Source: a virus
Lineage: Duplodnaviria > Caudoviricetes
Length of the DNA: 34,022 nt
IMG/VR virus record: IMGVR_UViG_3300030106_004620
Coordinates: 1 to 34,022 of that record
Strand: one strand, 5' to 3'
The translations under genes were made by a program, and so were the position numbers. The first letter of the stretch is position 1; each line of letters begins with the position of its first letter. The notes below the pieces were generated by a model. That model was given only the letters and a program-made list of their open reading frames with translations. It searched no databases and was not told where the DNA came from. Below are positions 10,101 through 19,252 of this stretch, in pieces.

Positions 10101-11184
10101 CAGTCAAGCCTCCGTTGTGTCCATTTTTATGTTCAATTGCTGTTTTAAATTCAGTAGCCATTTGAGATGCAGTCATATCAACACCACTAGAAGATTCATT
10201 TATTACTATAACTTCTCCACCAGTATCACTACCACCAATAAACTGTGTATCAGCAGTTGCATTTGAAGTGTTAGAACCGGCTTCTGAGATAGCCGTATTT
10301 CCAAGTGCTGTTTTTATAGATTGCCTCATTGCAACTTTTCCACTAGCAGTAGCTCCTCCGTAGTTAACATCAATTAAACCATTATGGCCGTTAGTGTGAG
10401 TGATAGCTATAGCAAACTCAGTGGCCACGTCAGCTACATCTGATACACTACTAATGTTTACATAAGTGTATGTTCCATCAGTTTGACCAGTAGTTTTTGA
10501 GCCATCACTTTCAAAAAAATAAGTTATTACATAAAGAGACCCATCTGCTTTTTTGGCTCTTAGTGTAATTCTATATGCATCTAAAGTTGTGCTAGTGGCT
10601 GTCCAACTTGCTACTGACGATCCAACAACTGCACCAGTAAATACATAATCTACGTTATGACTATCTACTGCCTTATATGTTTTTGATAGTCCTTCGTAAT
10701 CAATCAATGTAATCGTTTCATCTTCATCCAGTTCTGCACTAAATTGCCAATGAAGTTTAGATTCCCCTTGATTAAAAAAATTTCTATCAATTTTTTGATA
10801 AACACCTACATTATGGTTTATGCCCTTAGCAAACCTTACAGCACTGCCATAGTTGTATAAAAAAATTCTTTCTGGAGAGTTTGTTGTGAGTGCATCTAAA
10901 TCTACATTATTTGAAAAATTTTCATCTAATCTAAATATTTGTTTTGATGCATCGAAATCATATCCAAACCAATATAAAGTTTGAGACACTGGTTCTATCC
11001 ACCAAATCCAATCTAAACTTTTTCTACCAGAAACTTCAACAGCAGAACCAAAACCATTTCTAAGTGTTAAAGCACCATCATTTAGGTTGTGTAAGTTCTC
11101 CATATGAACAAAACCTACCCTTACTAACTTAGGGTCTGATTGGCTGTTATAGCCTATGTTTATTGGATATTTTATTCTTATCAA
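7183..11184 (-). CDS. Tail nozzle/stabilisation protein (tubular B-like beta-propeller) with large inserted S/T/G-rich domains
   Basis: N-terminal MENL...GALTLRNG; propeller-like C-terminal half (YSELQQPD, LVVFAERGIF, LGCENPRSI, GVFFAGKDNLY); ends EKILIRKL...IKDIELEVG; directly downstream of the capsid gene. Confidence 0.7.
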   Translation of the reverse strand: MIRIKYPINIGYNSQSDPKLVRVGFVHMENLHNLNDGALTLRNGFGSAVEVSGRKSLDWIWWIEPVSQTLYWFGYDFDASKQIFRLDENFSNNVDLDALTTNSPERIFLYNYGSAVRFAKGINHNVGVYQKIDRNFFNQGESKLHWQFSAELDEDETITLIDYEGLSKTYKAVDSHNVDYVFTGAVVGSSVASWTATSTTLDAYRITLRAKKADGSLYVITYFFESDGSKTTGQTDGTYTYVNISSVSDVADVATEFAIAITHTNGHNGLIDVNYGGATASGKVAMRQSIKTALGNTAISEAGSNTSNATADTQFIGGSDTGGEVIVINESSSGVDMTASQMATEFKTAIEHKNGHNGGLTVIANVDSENSLSLDGGIYIRQTVYDSVTPTNITLTAGFTDDCTLNPNGISNGATSATFTSGVGYSFDAFHYDPINYPRIDNVTISNVTSLDGGTLPFTLSSKNVHYKIAPVFDGVQEGLFINDTVGPISFSGDNTNTITFELKFDETAYNPRLTGLSIYRAITDGEYPEDGAYYYVKGINTTAGVENQWINTRLGFKGRSLFSAWDTDDFTTSYPATNYTNLSGSFGSYTYMGTSAVSAEEGDIFMDMETPSTSYGAIDQTKTCTSWRTLSNAQAKSLRHINEVGKRFLLLDDDTYNDRFDESRGWVVMSDNWTNSGYLSARGSSTWGTFSSSTGLTLQTGSVGSGEYSSGSKSAVAPSIVYVYNEFDCFQSDDIYSGFNGGELFYFKASGSLTTSGGNGSEEGKTKVSFKMQDFTGGGAGSTIMTQSTEQTNYHIGNNTDTYTLEKLFRIPSNCTAFRMFVTGRVGAKADSTGGSHTVNGSLKVDDVIISQVKRAGTKAWTHQSLWAVNNSGLQPDSVVGNRAMIDGANFFVSANTDDVFRNSGNSGFVNLTQAESKNRVIAGTDASWTKVGNNHILTVVDSGFGDLNVHPLAGVESLDTRYKVSDTVNGRTFGCNVKLFDSVGESDIYDDMVIYSELQQPDVMPISNYIRLNDLQGGAIVGVAGLMADLVVFAERGIFRLSIPTTDPTGWSLIESEPNLGCENPRSIKKWKNGVFFAGKDNLYYITPNFEFISISEQWRDKYQTATATLTETVSQTGSVTEGDVVVDIDNNKERLLVRLPGNPYKVRIMDLKAFQQQRLIWYDYMSDSFSYETSTKHTSGSKGNQEGKIHSFVVRNDSKVYMNMISANNLNTKFREFDGGNFTNGNPRVFLKTGYVTLAEGKEKILIRKLNFHCSTSEPVQVKFKFDRSSEDHGTTDAYNTYDLTRDVSGSGNQRNVRVGKRAKGVEILFETTNSTATELQIKDIELEVG

Positions 11185-11202
11185 TGTTTTACCTTTTTAT
11201 TT

Positions 11203-11255
11203 ATAAAAGTGGGGGGAGTGATTCTAGGATTTCTCCAGTGAAATATCACCCCCAC
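11203..11255 (-). terminator. Intrinsic terminator-like hairpin after the major capsid gene
   Basis: On the minus strand GUGGGGGUGAU ... AUCAC(UC)CCCCCAC is followed by UUUUAU. Confidence 0.7.
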
Positions 11256-11259
11256 CCTT

Positions 11260-11281
11260 ATTAACTTACGATTAACTTACG
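11260..11281. repeat. Perfect 11-bp tandem repeat (attaacttacg x2)
   Basis: Copies at 11260-11270 and 11271-11281, between the capsid stop codon and the hairpin. Confidence 0.85.
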
Positions 11282-11283
11282 GT

Positions 11284-12411
11284 TTAAGCGTAATCAGACG
11301 GTCCACCACCCAGAACACCTTGCATTCTAGGATTAGTACATACTAGCTGACCCATCCAGAATAATCTAGACTGCATATTGTCTGAACCCTCTAATCTTTT
11401 AAAGTCCTCAAAAGTAAAGTTTCTATCTCTGTGAACTTTAAAATCCAAGTAGTCAGTATTTAAGAAATACATTTGACCAGCTGGAACGTGAGAGTCAACA
11501 ACTACTGTAGCACCCTTGAACCTTAATGAATCAAACCCAGCATTAGCAATGTCATCGCTACCAGCAAATCTTTTGTTTGCTTGTAATGATGTTTCATATG
11601 CATCATAAATTGCTTGAGTTGTGATTATAAGGTCTGGTTGATCATTATCTACAGTCAATGCACCATACATTCTAGTCATTGCTTTAGATATGTTTGCTAC
11701 ACCAGCACTTAATGTTACTAGCTCTGACCAAGTACAATCTGCTGTAGATGTAGCATCATCGTCAATACCACCAGATAAATTAAATGTACCTAGTTTAGCA
11801 TTCCACCAAGCATTAGAATCAGAATCGATTCCACCTAGTGTACGATTATACCCAACTATAGCACCGTTAATATTACCCGGAAAGTGGTGAGTAGTTGCAT
11901 CCGGCATTGTTTCAATTAAAGCAACACCAGCATCAACTGATGTATAGTCTGCACTTGCGATTGTACCACCACCAGATATTGCTGTAATAGCATTTGCATC
12001 TAGTGTACCATCATTATCAAACATAGAATCGCCAAACATATCTTTGAACTTTTTCTCTGCTTGTTTTAATTTTGATTTCATTAAAGAAATCACTTGTGAA
12101 GAACCTTTGTTTACTAGTTCTTCTGAACCCGGAATTTTTAATCCAACATATCCAGTTGCCCAATCCCAAGTAGCTTTTTGCATAGTTTCTTCTGATGCAG
12201 TTGCAGTGTTTCCACCATCATCTATCCAACCAGATGTACTGCCAGATAACTTTGCATATTCTACTGGGGTTACTATATTCTTACCTCCGTCTAACAATTC
12301 AGCATTTTTCAATAACTTTAAGCAGAGGACGTTAGAATTATAGATATTGTCAACCAATACTGGAATAAACTTTTCACGAGTAATTGCACTTACTGAAGTT
12401 GATAAAGCCAT
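11284..12411 (-). CDS. Major capsid protein (HK97 fold)
   Basis: 375 aa with LVDNIYNSN, PDLIITTQAIYDAYE, GFDSLRFKGATVVVD, MYFLNTDYL and GQLVCTNPRMQG; AAGGAG RBS; follows the scaffold gene. Confidence 0.9.
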   Translation of the reverse strand: MALSTSVSAITREKFIPVLVDNIYNSNVLCLKLLKNAELLDGGKNIVTPVEYAKLSGSTSGWIDDGGNTATASEETMQKATWDWATGYVGLKIPGSEELVNKGSSQVISLMKSKLKQAEKKFKDMFGDSMFDNDGTLDANAITAISGGGTIASADYTSVDAGVALIETMPDATTHHFPGNINGAIVGYNRTLGGIDSDSNAWWNAKLGTFNLSGGIDDDATSTADCTWSELVTLSAGVANISKAMTRMYGALTVDNDQPDLIITTQAIYDAYETSLQANKRFAGSDDIANAGFDSLRFKGATVVVDSHVPAGQMYFLNTDYLDFKVHRDRNFTFEDFKRLEGSDNMQSRLFWMGQLVCTNPRMQGVLGGGPSDYA

Positions 12412-12428
12412 TTTTTACTCCTTATTGA

Positions 12429-13322
12429 CTATTCGTCAAAGTATTGTTTAAGGTCTTCGTCATACGGGTTTATGTCTTTCCAAGATGTGAACTTTTTAGG
12501 AGTTATAGTTTCCCTTGCTCCCACCTCAGAACGATCTACCACAATATTAGAATTCCTACTATTATTCTTGTCAAGTTTTTTATAGTGGCCCAATTCTTCT
12601 TGAAGATAATCAAATGAATATTCTCTTAACATATTAGACAAGCTAACATTGCCGTTACTGTCACGATACCTTTCAGAGTTCTTCTCTGAGAAGTCAAGAA
12701 AGTTCATAACCTTATCTGGTGTTCCCAATAAATCTGGATACTTACCTTCTAGGCCAGACAATTCTTGTTCTAAATTATCGGTTCGCTGATCAATTATTCG
12801 ACTATTCTCAGCTTCCTCTAATTTGTTAAGCCTTTCTTCATATGGATTATTTTCAACTTGTTCAACAGTTTCTTCTGGTTCAATAAAATTACTATTTAAA
12901 CCATAAGAATCAAACTCCTTATCATTATCAAAGTAATCTTTAATGTGACTTTGAAGTTCTTTGTCTTCGTTGAACTTTTTCAAGAATTTTCCCACTCCAG
13001 CGATTTGTTGAGCTTTTTCTGTGTTAGACTTTTGCCAATCATTACGATTATCAGAGTCTTTTTTCCACTGTTCTACGTCAGAAATAGAATATTCCTTACC
13101 ATCTATTTCAAATCCGTATGTTTGCTCATAATCACTGCTACCCTCTGGATTTGTTGCTCTTGAATCTGCTTCATTCGATGCTTTCACATCTGTAACAGAA
13201 TTTTCTTGAGTCGCTTCCTTTGGTGTTTCTTCAGACGTTGTAGTCTGTTCTTGTCCCTCTAATGAACCAAGCTCTTCTTGAGAAAGCTCGACATTATTAT
13301 AGGACTCCTTACTATTCGACAT
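12429..13322 (-). CDS. Capsid scaffolding protein
   Basis: Acidic, E/Q-rich and helical, with EIDGKEY...WQKSNTEKAQQIA; immediately upstream of the capsid gene. Confidence 0.75.
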   Translation of the reverse strand: MSNSKESYNNVELSQEELGSLEGQEQTTTSEETPKEATQENSVTDVKASNEADSRATNPEGSSDYEQTYGFEIDGKEYSISDVEQWKKDSDNRNDWQKSNTEKAQQIAGVGKFLKKFNEDKELQSHIKDYFDNDKEFDSYGLNSNFIEPEETVEQVENNPYEERLNKLEEAENSRIIDQRTDNLEQELSGLEGKYPDLLGTPDKVMNFLDFSEKNSERYRDSNGNVSLSNMLREYSFDYLQEELGHYKKLDKNNSRNSNIVVDRSEVGARETITPKKFTSWKDINPYDEDLKQYFDE

Positions 13323-13360
13323 AGAGTCTCCTTATTTTTGAGTTGCTCTTATATAAAAAT

Positions 13361-13720
13361 TTATCTTACTATTGGCAAAGGACTACCATCTCTAGTAGTC
13401 TCTGTCACTGAGTACACTTGACCACCAAAGCTAAAATTTTCTGCTCTTCCAATTGCTGGACTTGCTCCCGTTGAAGTTATATGACTTTTCCATATTGTTG
13501 GAGTCATACCTCTGTCAGTTGAAGAATATCTATTTCTTCCAACTGTTACTCTTGTTGCACTATAAGTAAGTCCCGGCTTCCTAGACTTTCCTTCTGATTT
13601 TTGGTATTGCTCTGCTAGAGCATATCCAGTCATATCATTTCCACCAGACCTTGTTTGGCCTTTAGGTGCTTGTCTTTCCCCACCAGCTATTTTTCTTAAT
13701 TTGTCTTTCTTTTCGCTCAT
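13361..13720 (-). CDS. Hypothetical basic protein
   Basis: 119-aa ORF with GAGGAG RBS. Confidence 0.75.
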   Translation of the reverse strand: MSEKKDKLRKIAGGERQAPKGQTRSGGNDMTGYALAEQYQKSEGKSRKPGLTYSATRVTVGRNRYSSTDRGMTPTIWKSHITSTGASPAIGRAENFSFGGQVYSVTETTRDGSPLPIVR

Positions 13721-13872
13721 TACAGCTCCTCTGTTTTTTTGCTTAAATTACTTAATTTATATCTTTTTGCTTGTTCTACAATTTTCTGGTCTTTTGAATG
13801 AAAAGCACTATCAATGCACTTTTTGTTTATTTTTCCAAACCCATTAACTTTACAATATTCTATTAATCGCAT
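13720..13872 (-). CDS. Small hypothetical protein (50 aa)
   Basis: MRLIEYCKVNGFGKINKKCIDSAF...KKTEEL; TAATG coupling at both ends. Confidence 0.7.
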   Translation of the reverse strand: MRLIEYCKVNGFGKINKKCIDSAFHSKDQKIVEQAKRYKLSNLSKKTEEL

Positions 13873-15650
13873 TACGGTCTATACCTCTTTGGTCTTGGTT
13901 GTGATGGTTGCTTTCCAGTTTCTTGCTCTTCTTCTTGTGTTCCTTGTGCCATTAACTGCTGAACCAGCATAGCATCTTCAATTTCTTGTGGGTCTGTGGA
14001 ACTTTGCATTATCTCTGCTTGTTGTTGCTGTTGTTCCATTTGCATTCGTTTTTGCTCCATTATCTCTTCAAGTATCTCTTTAGAAATATCTTTTTGAGTC
14101 CATCTCCAGAATTGTTCTGCATTTAGTAGTCCCATCTGAACTAAATCTAATGCTTGATCAAAACGACTTGCACGAGACTCTGGCATACTTGATCCGGGAA
14201 CGTATTTAAAATCCATATCATCGTCAATTAAATAAGGAGTCACTTCATAAAACTCATACATACTTTCTTCTTGAGAATATGTTCTTACATTTATATTTTC
14301 AGCATAATTGTTTTTAAGCATAGATAAAGTATATTTATATAAGTTTATAATAGCATCTTGACCAACCTCTCTTTCTTTAGTACGAATAACTTGTTGAGAT
14401 GCTTCTTGTAATTGAGCAATTGCTCTACTTGCTGTCACCCCACTAGGGTTACGACCTTGTGTTATGTCGTGTACACCACTAACAGTATCTGCTAGTTGAA
14501 TTAAACTTTGAGCCATTGGCAGACTAGAAGATGATATATTCCCAGCTGGTAATCTGTTTACGACTTCGTGTGGTCCATTAGTATAAAATACTTGGCCCGG
14601 TTTGTCAGTAGGCCTATTGCCCGGTGTTTTCATCATACTCTTAGGCATAACCACAGAAGGATTACCGTGATAGATTAAATTATCCATCGCTTGGGATAAT
14701 GTAATAGAAGAGCCAACTGCCAATGACTCTATAACTTCTGGCTCACCTTTACCCCAAATAGTATGAGCCGATTTATAATTTTGAAACATTACTAAAGGTA
14801 TAAAAGGGTAAGGCGATTTTTCTCTTTGAAGTAAAACTGGCCCACACCAAGTTGCTAAATATAGCTCTCCTTGTTCATAATACCAAGCCTCTTTTAATAA
14901 TGCTTGTCCTTCTCCATAGCCTTCAGCAGTTTCTGAATCTGACCTAACTGGCGAATGAGTTGTTGCTTCTGGCCTATTTGTTTTGTCTGTAGCATATCTG
15001 TCAACGTGCTTTACGAAAGACCTATACTCATTCATTTTACCTTCGCTTTTTACAAATTTTCCATTATCATATCTTTCTTTAATTTCACTTATGTATGTTG
15101 GGGTTGCAAATATAATACAACTAGAGTTTTCTATTGTTGTAGCTAAAGGATCAAAAAACACAGTAAATGGGTCTGGTATAGTAAAATCAATTTTGTTTTT
15201 ATGCATTGAACATTTCAAAAACCCATTTCCATATATCAAACCATCTCTCTTCATACCAGCAACAGCTCTAGATACTTTTCTTTTTTCCATTTCAGACTCA
15301 ACAGCTTCTTGTGCTATTCTAGCAGTCTGAACTTGCTCTTGCCTCTTAGGCATTATATCTACTTTAGGATTACGATCTGTAAGTATAGAATACATAGTTT
15401 CAACAACAGAATGGACTATATTAGGCTCAATTCTTGACTTATACTTAGGTAAGTTAAATGGTTTTAAAAACTGTCCAGAATAAAGCTCTTCGTTCCTTCT
15501 CCATCTGGGAACTTTAATTTTTTTAGCATCTTTTGCAGACTGAAATTTGTTCTCTAGCTTTTTTATTAAACTAAATTCTTCTACGCTTGGAGCATAACCA
15601 GCTTGTACTTCTAAAGGTTCTCCAGTATCTGGGTATTCTTTCCTAGCCAT
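13872..15650 (-). CDS. Portal protein (podoviral/P22-like)
   Basis: 592 aa with NIVHSVVE, DGLIYGNGFLK, PFTVFFDPLA, IWGKGEPEVI and SGVHDITQG...TASRAI, plus a Q-rich C-terminal tail. Confidence 0.9.
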   Translation of the reverse strand: MARKEYPDTGEPLEVQAGYAPSVEEFSLIKKLENKFQSAKDAKKIKVPRWRRNEELYSGQFLKPFNLPKYKSRIEPNIVHSVVETMYSILTDRNPKVDIMPKRQEQVQTARIAQEAVESEMEKRKVSRAVAGMKRDGLIYGNGFLKCSMHKNKIDFTIPDPFTVFFDPLATTIENSSCIIFATPTYISEIKERYDNGKFVKSEGKMNEYRSFVKHVDRYATDKTNRPEATTHSPVRSDSETAEGYGEGQALLKEAWYYEQGELYLATWCGPVLLQREKSPYPFIPLVMFQNYKSAHTIWGKGEPEVIESLAVGSSITLSQAMDNLIYHGNPSVVMPKSMMKTPGNRPTDKPGQVFYTNGPHEVVNRLPAGNISSSSLPMAQSLIQLADTVSGVHDITQGRNPSGVTASRAIAQLQEASQQVIRTKEREVGQDAIINLYKYTLSMLKNNYAENINVRTYSQEESMYEFYEVTPYLIDDDMDFKYVPGSSMPESRASRFDQALDLVQMGLLNAEQFWRWTQKDISKEILEEIMEQKRMQMEQQQQQAEIMQSSTDPQEIEDAMLVQQLMAQGTQEEEQETGKQPSQPRPKRYRP

Positions 15651-15652
15651 TA

Positions 15653-15937
15653 TTATTCACCTTTACGTTTAGTGTTGTATTTTTTACCCTTCCAGATAAA
15701 TATTGCATCTTTTCCATAATTATCTCTAATAAATTTAAAAGCATCGTCAAAAGATTTTTCATCTCCAGCTAACTTTAAACCCGTTTTTCTTTCTTTTTTC
15801 CATATATCCCAAGTGCTTTTATCAATTTTCATATCAGTAGAGCTAGGATCAGCAATTTTTCTTACCAGCATTCCTTTAGTTCTGTACATTTTTTGAGGTT
15901 TTAGTTCTTTTTTTCTTAATTCCTTATATATTTTCAT
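15653..15937 (-). CDS. Hypothetical basic protein
   Basis: 94 aa, AAGGA RBS, motif SFDDAFK...FIWKGKKYNT. Confidence 0.75.
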   Translation of the reverse strand: MKIYKELRKKELKPQKMYRTKGMLVRKIADPSSTDMKIDKSTWDIWKKERKTGLKLAGDEKSFDDAFKFIRDNYGKDAIFIWKGKKYNTKRKGE

Positions 15938-15946
15938 ATTTTTCCT

Positions 15947-16249
15947 TTAAGTTAACTCGCTTACAGTTTTGCCTTTTTCCCACATTTTACAACTCCAGTA
16001 CCTAGCTTTAGTTTTAGGTCCGGGATTATCACAGTTATGTCTAGCTCTAAAATTCTTCCTAGCATTGTCATCATCTCTTCTTATCTCCATATTAGGATCA
16101 CCAAACATAACTTTCTTAGTCTTTCCACCGTCATTAACAAAGACTTTAAATTTTTTTCTACCATATCCGGGTTCACCTTGAGATATTCTAGATGGTTTAT
16201 TTAACTTAACATCAGCTATTTTTTTTATTTTACTTTTTCTATTAGACAT
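15947..16249 (-). CDS. Conserved-looking small basic phage protein
   Basis: Motif KKFKVFV...VMFGDPNM...RKNFRARHNC...ARYWSCKMW, which I recall from phage head regions; function unknown. Confidence 0.75.
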   Translation of the reverse strand: MSNRKSKIKKIADVKLNKPSRISQGEPGYGRKKFKVFVNDGGKTKKVMFGDPNMEIRRDDDNARKNFRARHNCDNPGPKTKARYWSCKMWEKGKTVSELT

Positions 16250-16499
16250 TTTTAGCTATTTCTTTTAAAATGCTTTTTTTATCAATTGGTTTTAATGTAG
16301 GATGCTTTTTGTCTGAATGCTCTGCTCCAGCCATTAATGTTCCATTAGGATGTTTATGCATAGGCCCTACATATGTATTTATTGGCCCTAATCCACATCC
16401 TTCAAAGTCTTCTACACCTTCACAAACATATTCTCCACCTTTTGTTTCCATTTTTATTTTGATGTATTTTTCGGACTCTCTCACTCTATCTTGTGACAT
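16242..16499 (-). CDS. Hypothetical protein
   Basis: 85 aa, GGAGG RBS, His-rich motif MHKHPNGTLMAGAEH. Confidence 0.7.
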   Translation of the reverse strand: MSQDRVRESEKYIKIKMETKGGEYVCEGVEDFEGCGLGPINTYVGPMHKHPNGTLMAGAEHSDKKHPTLKPIDKKSILKEIAKNV

Positions 16500-16639
16500 T
16501 ACCCTCCTCCTTGACCACCACCAATTTCTCCAGATGGAGGATTAGGTGCTTGATTTGAAACATAGCTTCTAGAATAATTTATTTTCTTATAAATTTTATT
16601 TTTATTTTTCTTTTTCTTTTTTTTGTATATTTTATTCAT
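16499..16639 (-). CDS. Small lysine-rich protein (46 aa)
   Basis: MNKIYKKKKKKNKNKIYKKINYSRSYVSNQAPNPPSGEIGGGQGGG; fills the gap and its stop overlaps the next ATG. Confidence 0.55.
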   Translation of the reverse strand: MNKIYKKKKKKNKNKIYKKINYSRSYVSNQAPNPPSGEIGGGQGGG

Positions 16640-16642
16640 TAT

Positions 16643-17410
16643 TTATAATGCCTTTGATATGTTTTTTAATCTTTTGTCTATCATCATTCTAGTAAGTTCG
16701 TTGAATCTATCTTGGCTTATTTCTTTTGGTTTTCCACCACTAGACCAATAACCTTGATCTTCAGTACCACCTTTTTTAATAAAACTTAATGTTGTATAAT
16801 ATTTATCACCTTGTTTAAACAACTGTCTTTCAGTTCCTAAACCAGCTGGACCATATGTTGTTCTTGATGTTTTATCTGTCACTCTACCTTTTCCGGGATA
16901 TTCTTGGAAGTGAGGTCGTTTTGCTACACTAAAATCAAATTTTCCCTCATCTTCTAATTTTTGTTCAGCAGTTTTTATTACCTTATGGGTTTCTGTTCTT
17001 AATCCAAGAGGACCAGCTTTATATGTTTCTCTATCTTGAGGCTCATACCATTCCCCATCTTCTTTATATGCAGTTGGATCGTGATGCCATTTTACCCCAT
17101 CTTCTCCCTTACCACCAGCACCATACAAAAAAGTATTTACCTTAGATAAATCAATTTTCCGTAACCTATCTGTAAGCTCTTTTGGAAGATTGCCATTTCC
17201 AATATTTACCATATCTTCACGAGATGCTTGAAATTTAGTACCATCTGGTAGGACAAACACATCTGTTCTGCCTTCTACCCACGGTGATTTATCATTGTCT
17301 ATATAACCATTAAATACTTTATTACTTTTAGGATTCCGTGCTTGAGACCCATATATATCAATTAGTTGTCTTAGCATACCCTTTTGTAACTTTTTTCCAC
17401 TTACAGTCAT
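16643..17410 (-). CDS. Hypothetical protein
   Basis: 255-aa ORF with AGGAG RBS. Confidence 0.75.
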   Translation of the reverse strand: MTVSGKKLQKGMLRQLIDIYGSQARNPKSNKVFNGYIDNDKSPWVEGRTDVFVLPDGTKFQASREDMVNIGNGNLPKELTDRLRKIDLSKVNTFLYGAGGKGEDGVKWHHDPTAYKEDGEWYEPQDRETYKAGPLGLRTETHKVIKTAEQKLEDEGKFDFSVAKRPHFQEYPGKGRVTDKTSRTTYGPAGLGTERQLFKQGDKYYTTLSFIKKGGTEDQGYWSSGGKPKEISQDRFNELTRMMIDKRLKNISKAL

Positions 17411-17418
17411 TTTTTCTC

Positions 17419-18828
17419 CTAATTAAAATTCATAGTAAAGCTCCCTCTTTGAGGCTCTGCTGTGAGTTCTTTATATTTTCTTTGGTCAGCAGTAAGTTTT
17501 TCAACCTTTACCTCTGACGGTGCTTGAATATGAGTTAAAGCATATCTCAAGGCATCTACACAGTGATCTTCCAGAGTCGTATCTAGGTCCTCTGGCCTTC
17601 TTTCATCACAAATTTGTTCTGGAATAGTCCTTGCTAAGTTTGGACAAGTTCCATTTATTATATAAAAATTTGGCTCGACTTTATCATTATGATGCATCAT
17701 CTGAGCTAAATTCCTCCAACCGTTCACACGGTCATTATTTGCTGGTTGTAAATTAGGCACTAATGGGTTTCCCATATCTCCCATCAAAGCATTCGCTATG
17801 CTTCTATCAGACCATATCTGACTAGAAGGATTCTTCCAAGACATTGGGTTTCGAGTCCACATCGAAGGATCGCCTAAAGACATTACAATATCGTCCTCAG
17901 TTAACTCTCTTATCATCTCACCCCACTCCATTGGATGCTTTTCAGTACCATATAACTCTCTATAACAAAAAACTCTATTCTCTGGCGTTACTTCAATCCA
18001 TATTGCACAAAACGGTGCAGAATAACCCCAGTCTATACCAATATATCTAAAATTATTTTCATCGCCAAATCCTAGCGATTCTGCCTTTTCATCGGAAATT
18101 ATATGCTTAGCTGGATGAAACTCTTTAAAATATTGTCCAGCAAACACATCCCAATCTCCATTTCTCCAAGCACTTTTTAAAGGCTCTGGTAAACTTTCTA
18201 AAAAATTTACATAATCTGGATCAGAGTTCTTCAAGGTAGGATTATCATCAATTGTTGCTGGGATATAAATACGATATCTTTTACTTACCTTACCCCGATG
18301 AGCCACCCCACTTTTTTTATGACCGATTCCGAATCTTGCTTTCAACCAGTTGTGACCACTTCCTCCGGGATTGGCTGTTAAGAATATCTGAGGCTTAACA
18401 TCTGTTGTACTCCTCACAGAAGATATTAATTTAAGGTAATCTTCCTCTCTCGGTATCTGCCCTACCTCTTCTATTAATAATCTGTTGATGTTCCATCCTT
18501 GAAACTGCTGGTATGCATCTCTATCTTTCAAGTGTCCAGTATATATCTTTGCTCCACTTGGAAAATGAAATACTGCTGGTTTACCAGTAACTTTAGCAGT
18601 GGTATATAATTGACTGGCTCTATCTATCCAGTTCCTAAGGTCAGAATGATTCCTTCTAATGCATAAACCTACAAAATTAGGATTCTCCACACCTTTAAGC
18701 ATCCATACAATTCCAGCATCTGTCTTACCACCACCTCTAGCACCACCATATAATATCTCATAAACAGATGTATCTATAGATAATGCAAGTGTCTGTTGAC
18801 CTTTGTGAGGTTTCCAGATTGATTTCAA
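17419..18828 (-). CDS. terL: Terminase large subunit
   Basis: PHKGQ, Walker A GGARGGGKT, Walker B LLIEE, motif III TANPGG, nuclease IGIDWG and EDHCVDALRYA. Confidence 0.95.
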   Translation of the reverse strand: MKSIWKPHKGQQTLALSIDTSVYEILYGGARGGGKTDAGIVWMLKGVENPNFVGLCIRRNHSDLRNWIDRASQLYTTAKVTGKPAVFHFPSGAKIYTGHLKDRDAYQQFQGWNINRLLIEEVGQIPREEDYLKLISSVRSTTDVKPQIFLTANPGGSGHNWLKARFGIGHKKSGVAHRGKVSKRYRIYIPATIDDNPTLKNSDPDYVNFLESLPEPLKSAWRNGDWDVFAGQYFKEFHPAKHIISDEKAESLGFGDENNFRYIGIDWGYSAPFCAIWIEVTPENRVFCYRELYGTEKHPMEWGEMIRELTEDDIVMSLGDPSMWTRNPMSWKNPSSQIWSDRSIANALMGDMGNPLVPNLQPANNDRVNGWRNLAQMMHHNDKVEPNFYIINGTCPNLARTIPEQICDERRPEDLDTTLEDHCVDALRYALTHIQAPSEVKVEKLTADQRKYKELTAEPQRGSFTMNFN

Positions 18829-18867
18829 AAAGCAATACTCCGTGTTATTTTCGTGTTTATCACGGCT

Positions 18868-19251
18868 TTATTCTGTTTCTGGCTTTTTCTGTTCTGGTAA
18901 ATAGACAAAGCCTAAATTCTCGTTATTCTCAACCTTTAATTCGCTACTCTTCAATGATGGTATTAGTCTCTCTATTACTAGTTTAGCACAAGTCATTGCA
19001 TCTTTGTGTTGGGATTGAGTTCCTAATGTTCCAGCTATTTTGAAGATATTTTCAATTAAGGTTTCACCTTTTGGATTGGCTCTAAATTCATCAACTATTG
19101 CATTCCCTTTTGGTCTGCCTTTTGGATTCCCAGATTGACCAGCTTTCCATTTACCATCCTTGTGTCTCTTCGGCTGATCTTCGGTCTGTTCTATTTTCTC
19201 CTCAATAACTGCATCTTCTGGATTAATTCCATTCTTTACTATCTCTGACAT
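18868..19251 (-). CDS. Terminase small subunit-like protein (DUF5681-type motif)
   Basis: GKWKAGQSGNPKGRPKG motif, directly upstream of terL. Confidence 0.75.
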   Translation of the reverse strand: MSEIVKNGINPEDAVIEEKIEQTEDQPKRHKDGKWKAGQSGNPKGRPKGNAIVDEFRANPKGETLIENIFKIAGTLGTQSQHKDAMTCAKLVIERLIPSLKSSELKVENNENLGFVYLPEQKKPETE

Positions 19252-19252
19252 A

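Noticed and set aside
11690-18986. Plus-strand ORFs opposite the capsid, scaffold, portal, small basic and terminase genes
   Set aside because: Antisense shadows with no RBS or recognisable motifs.
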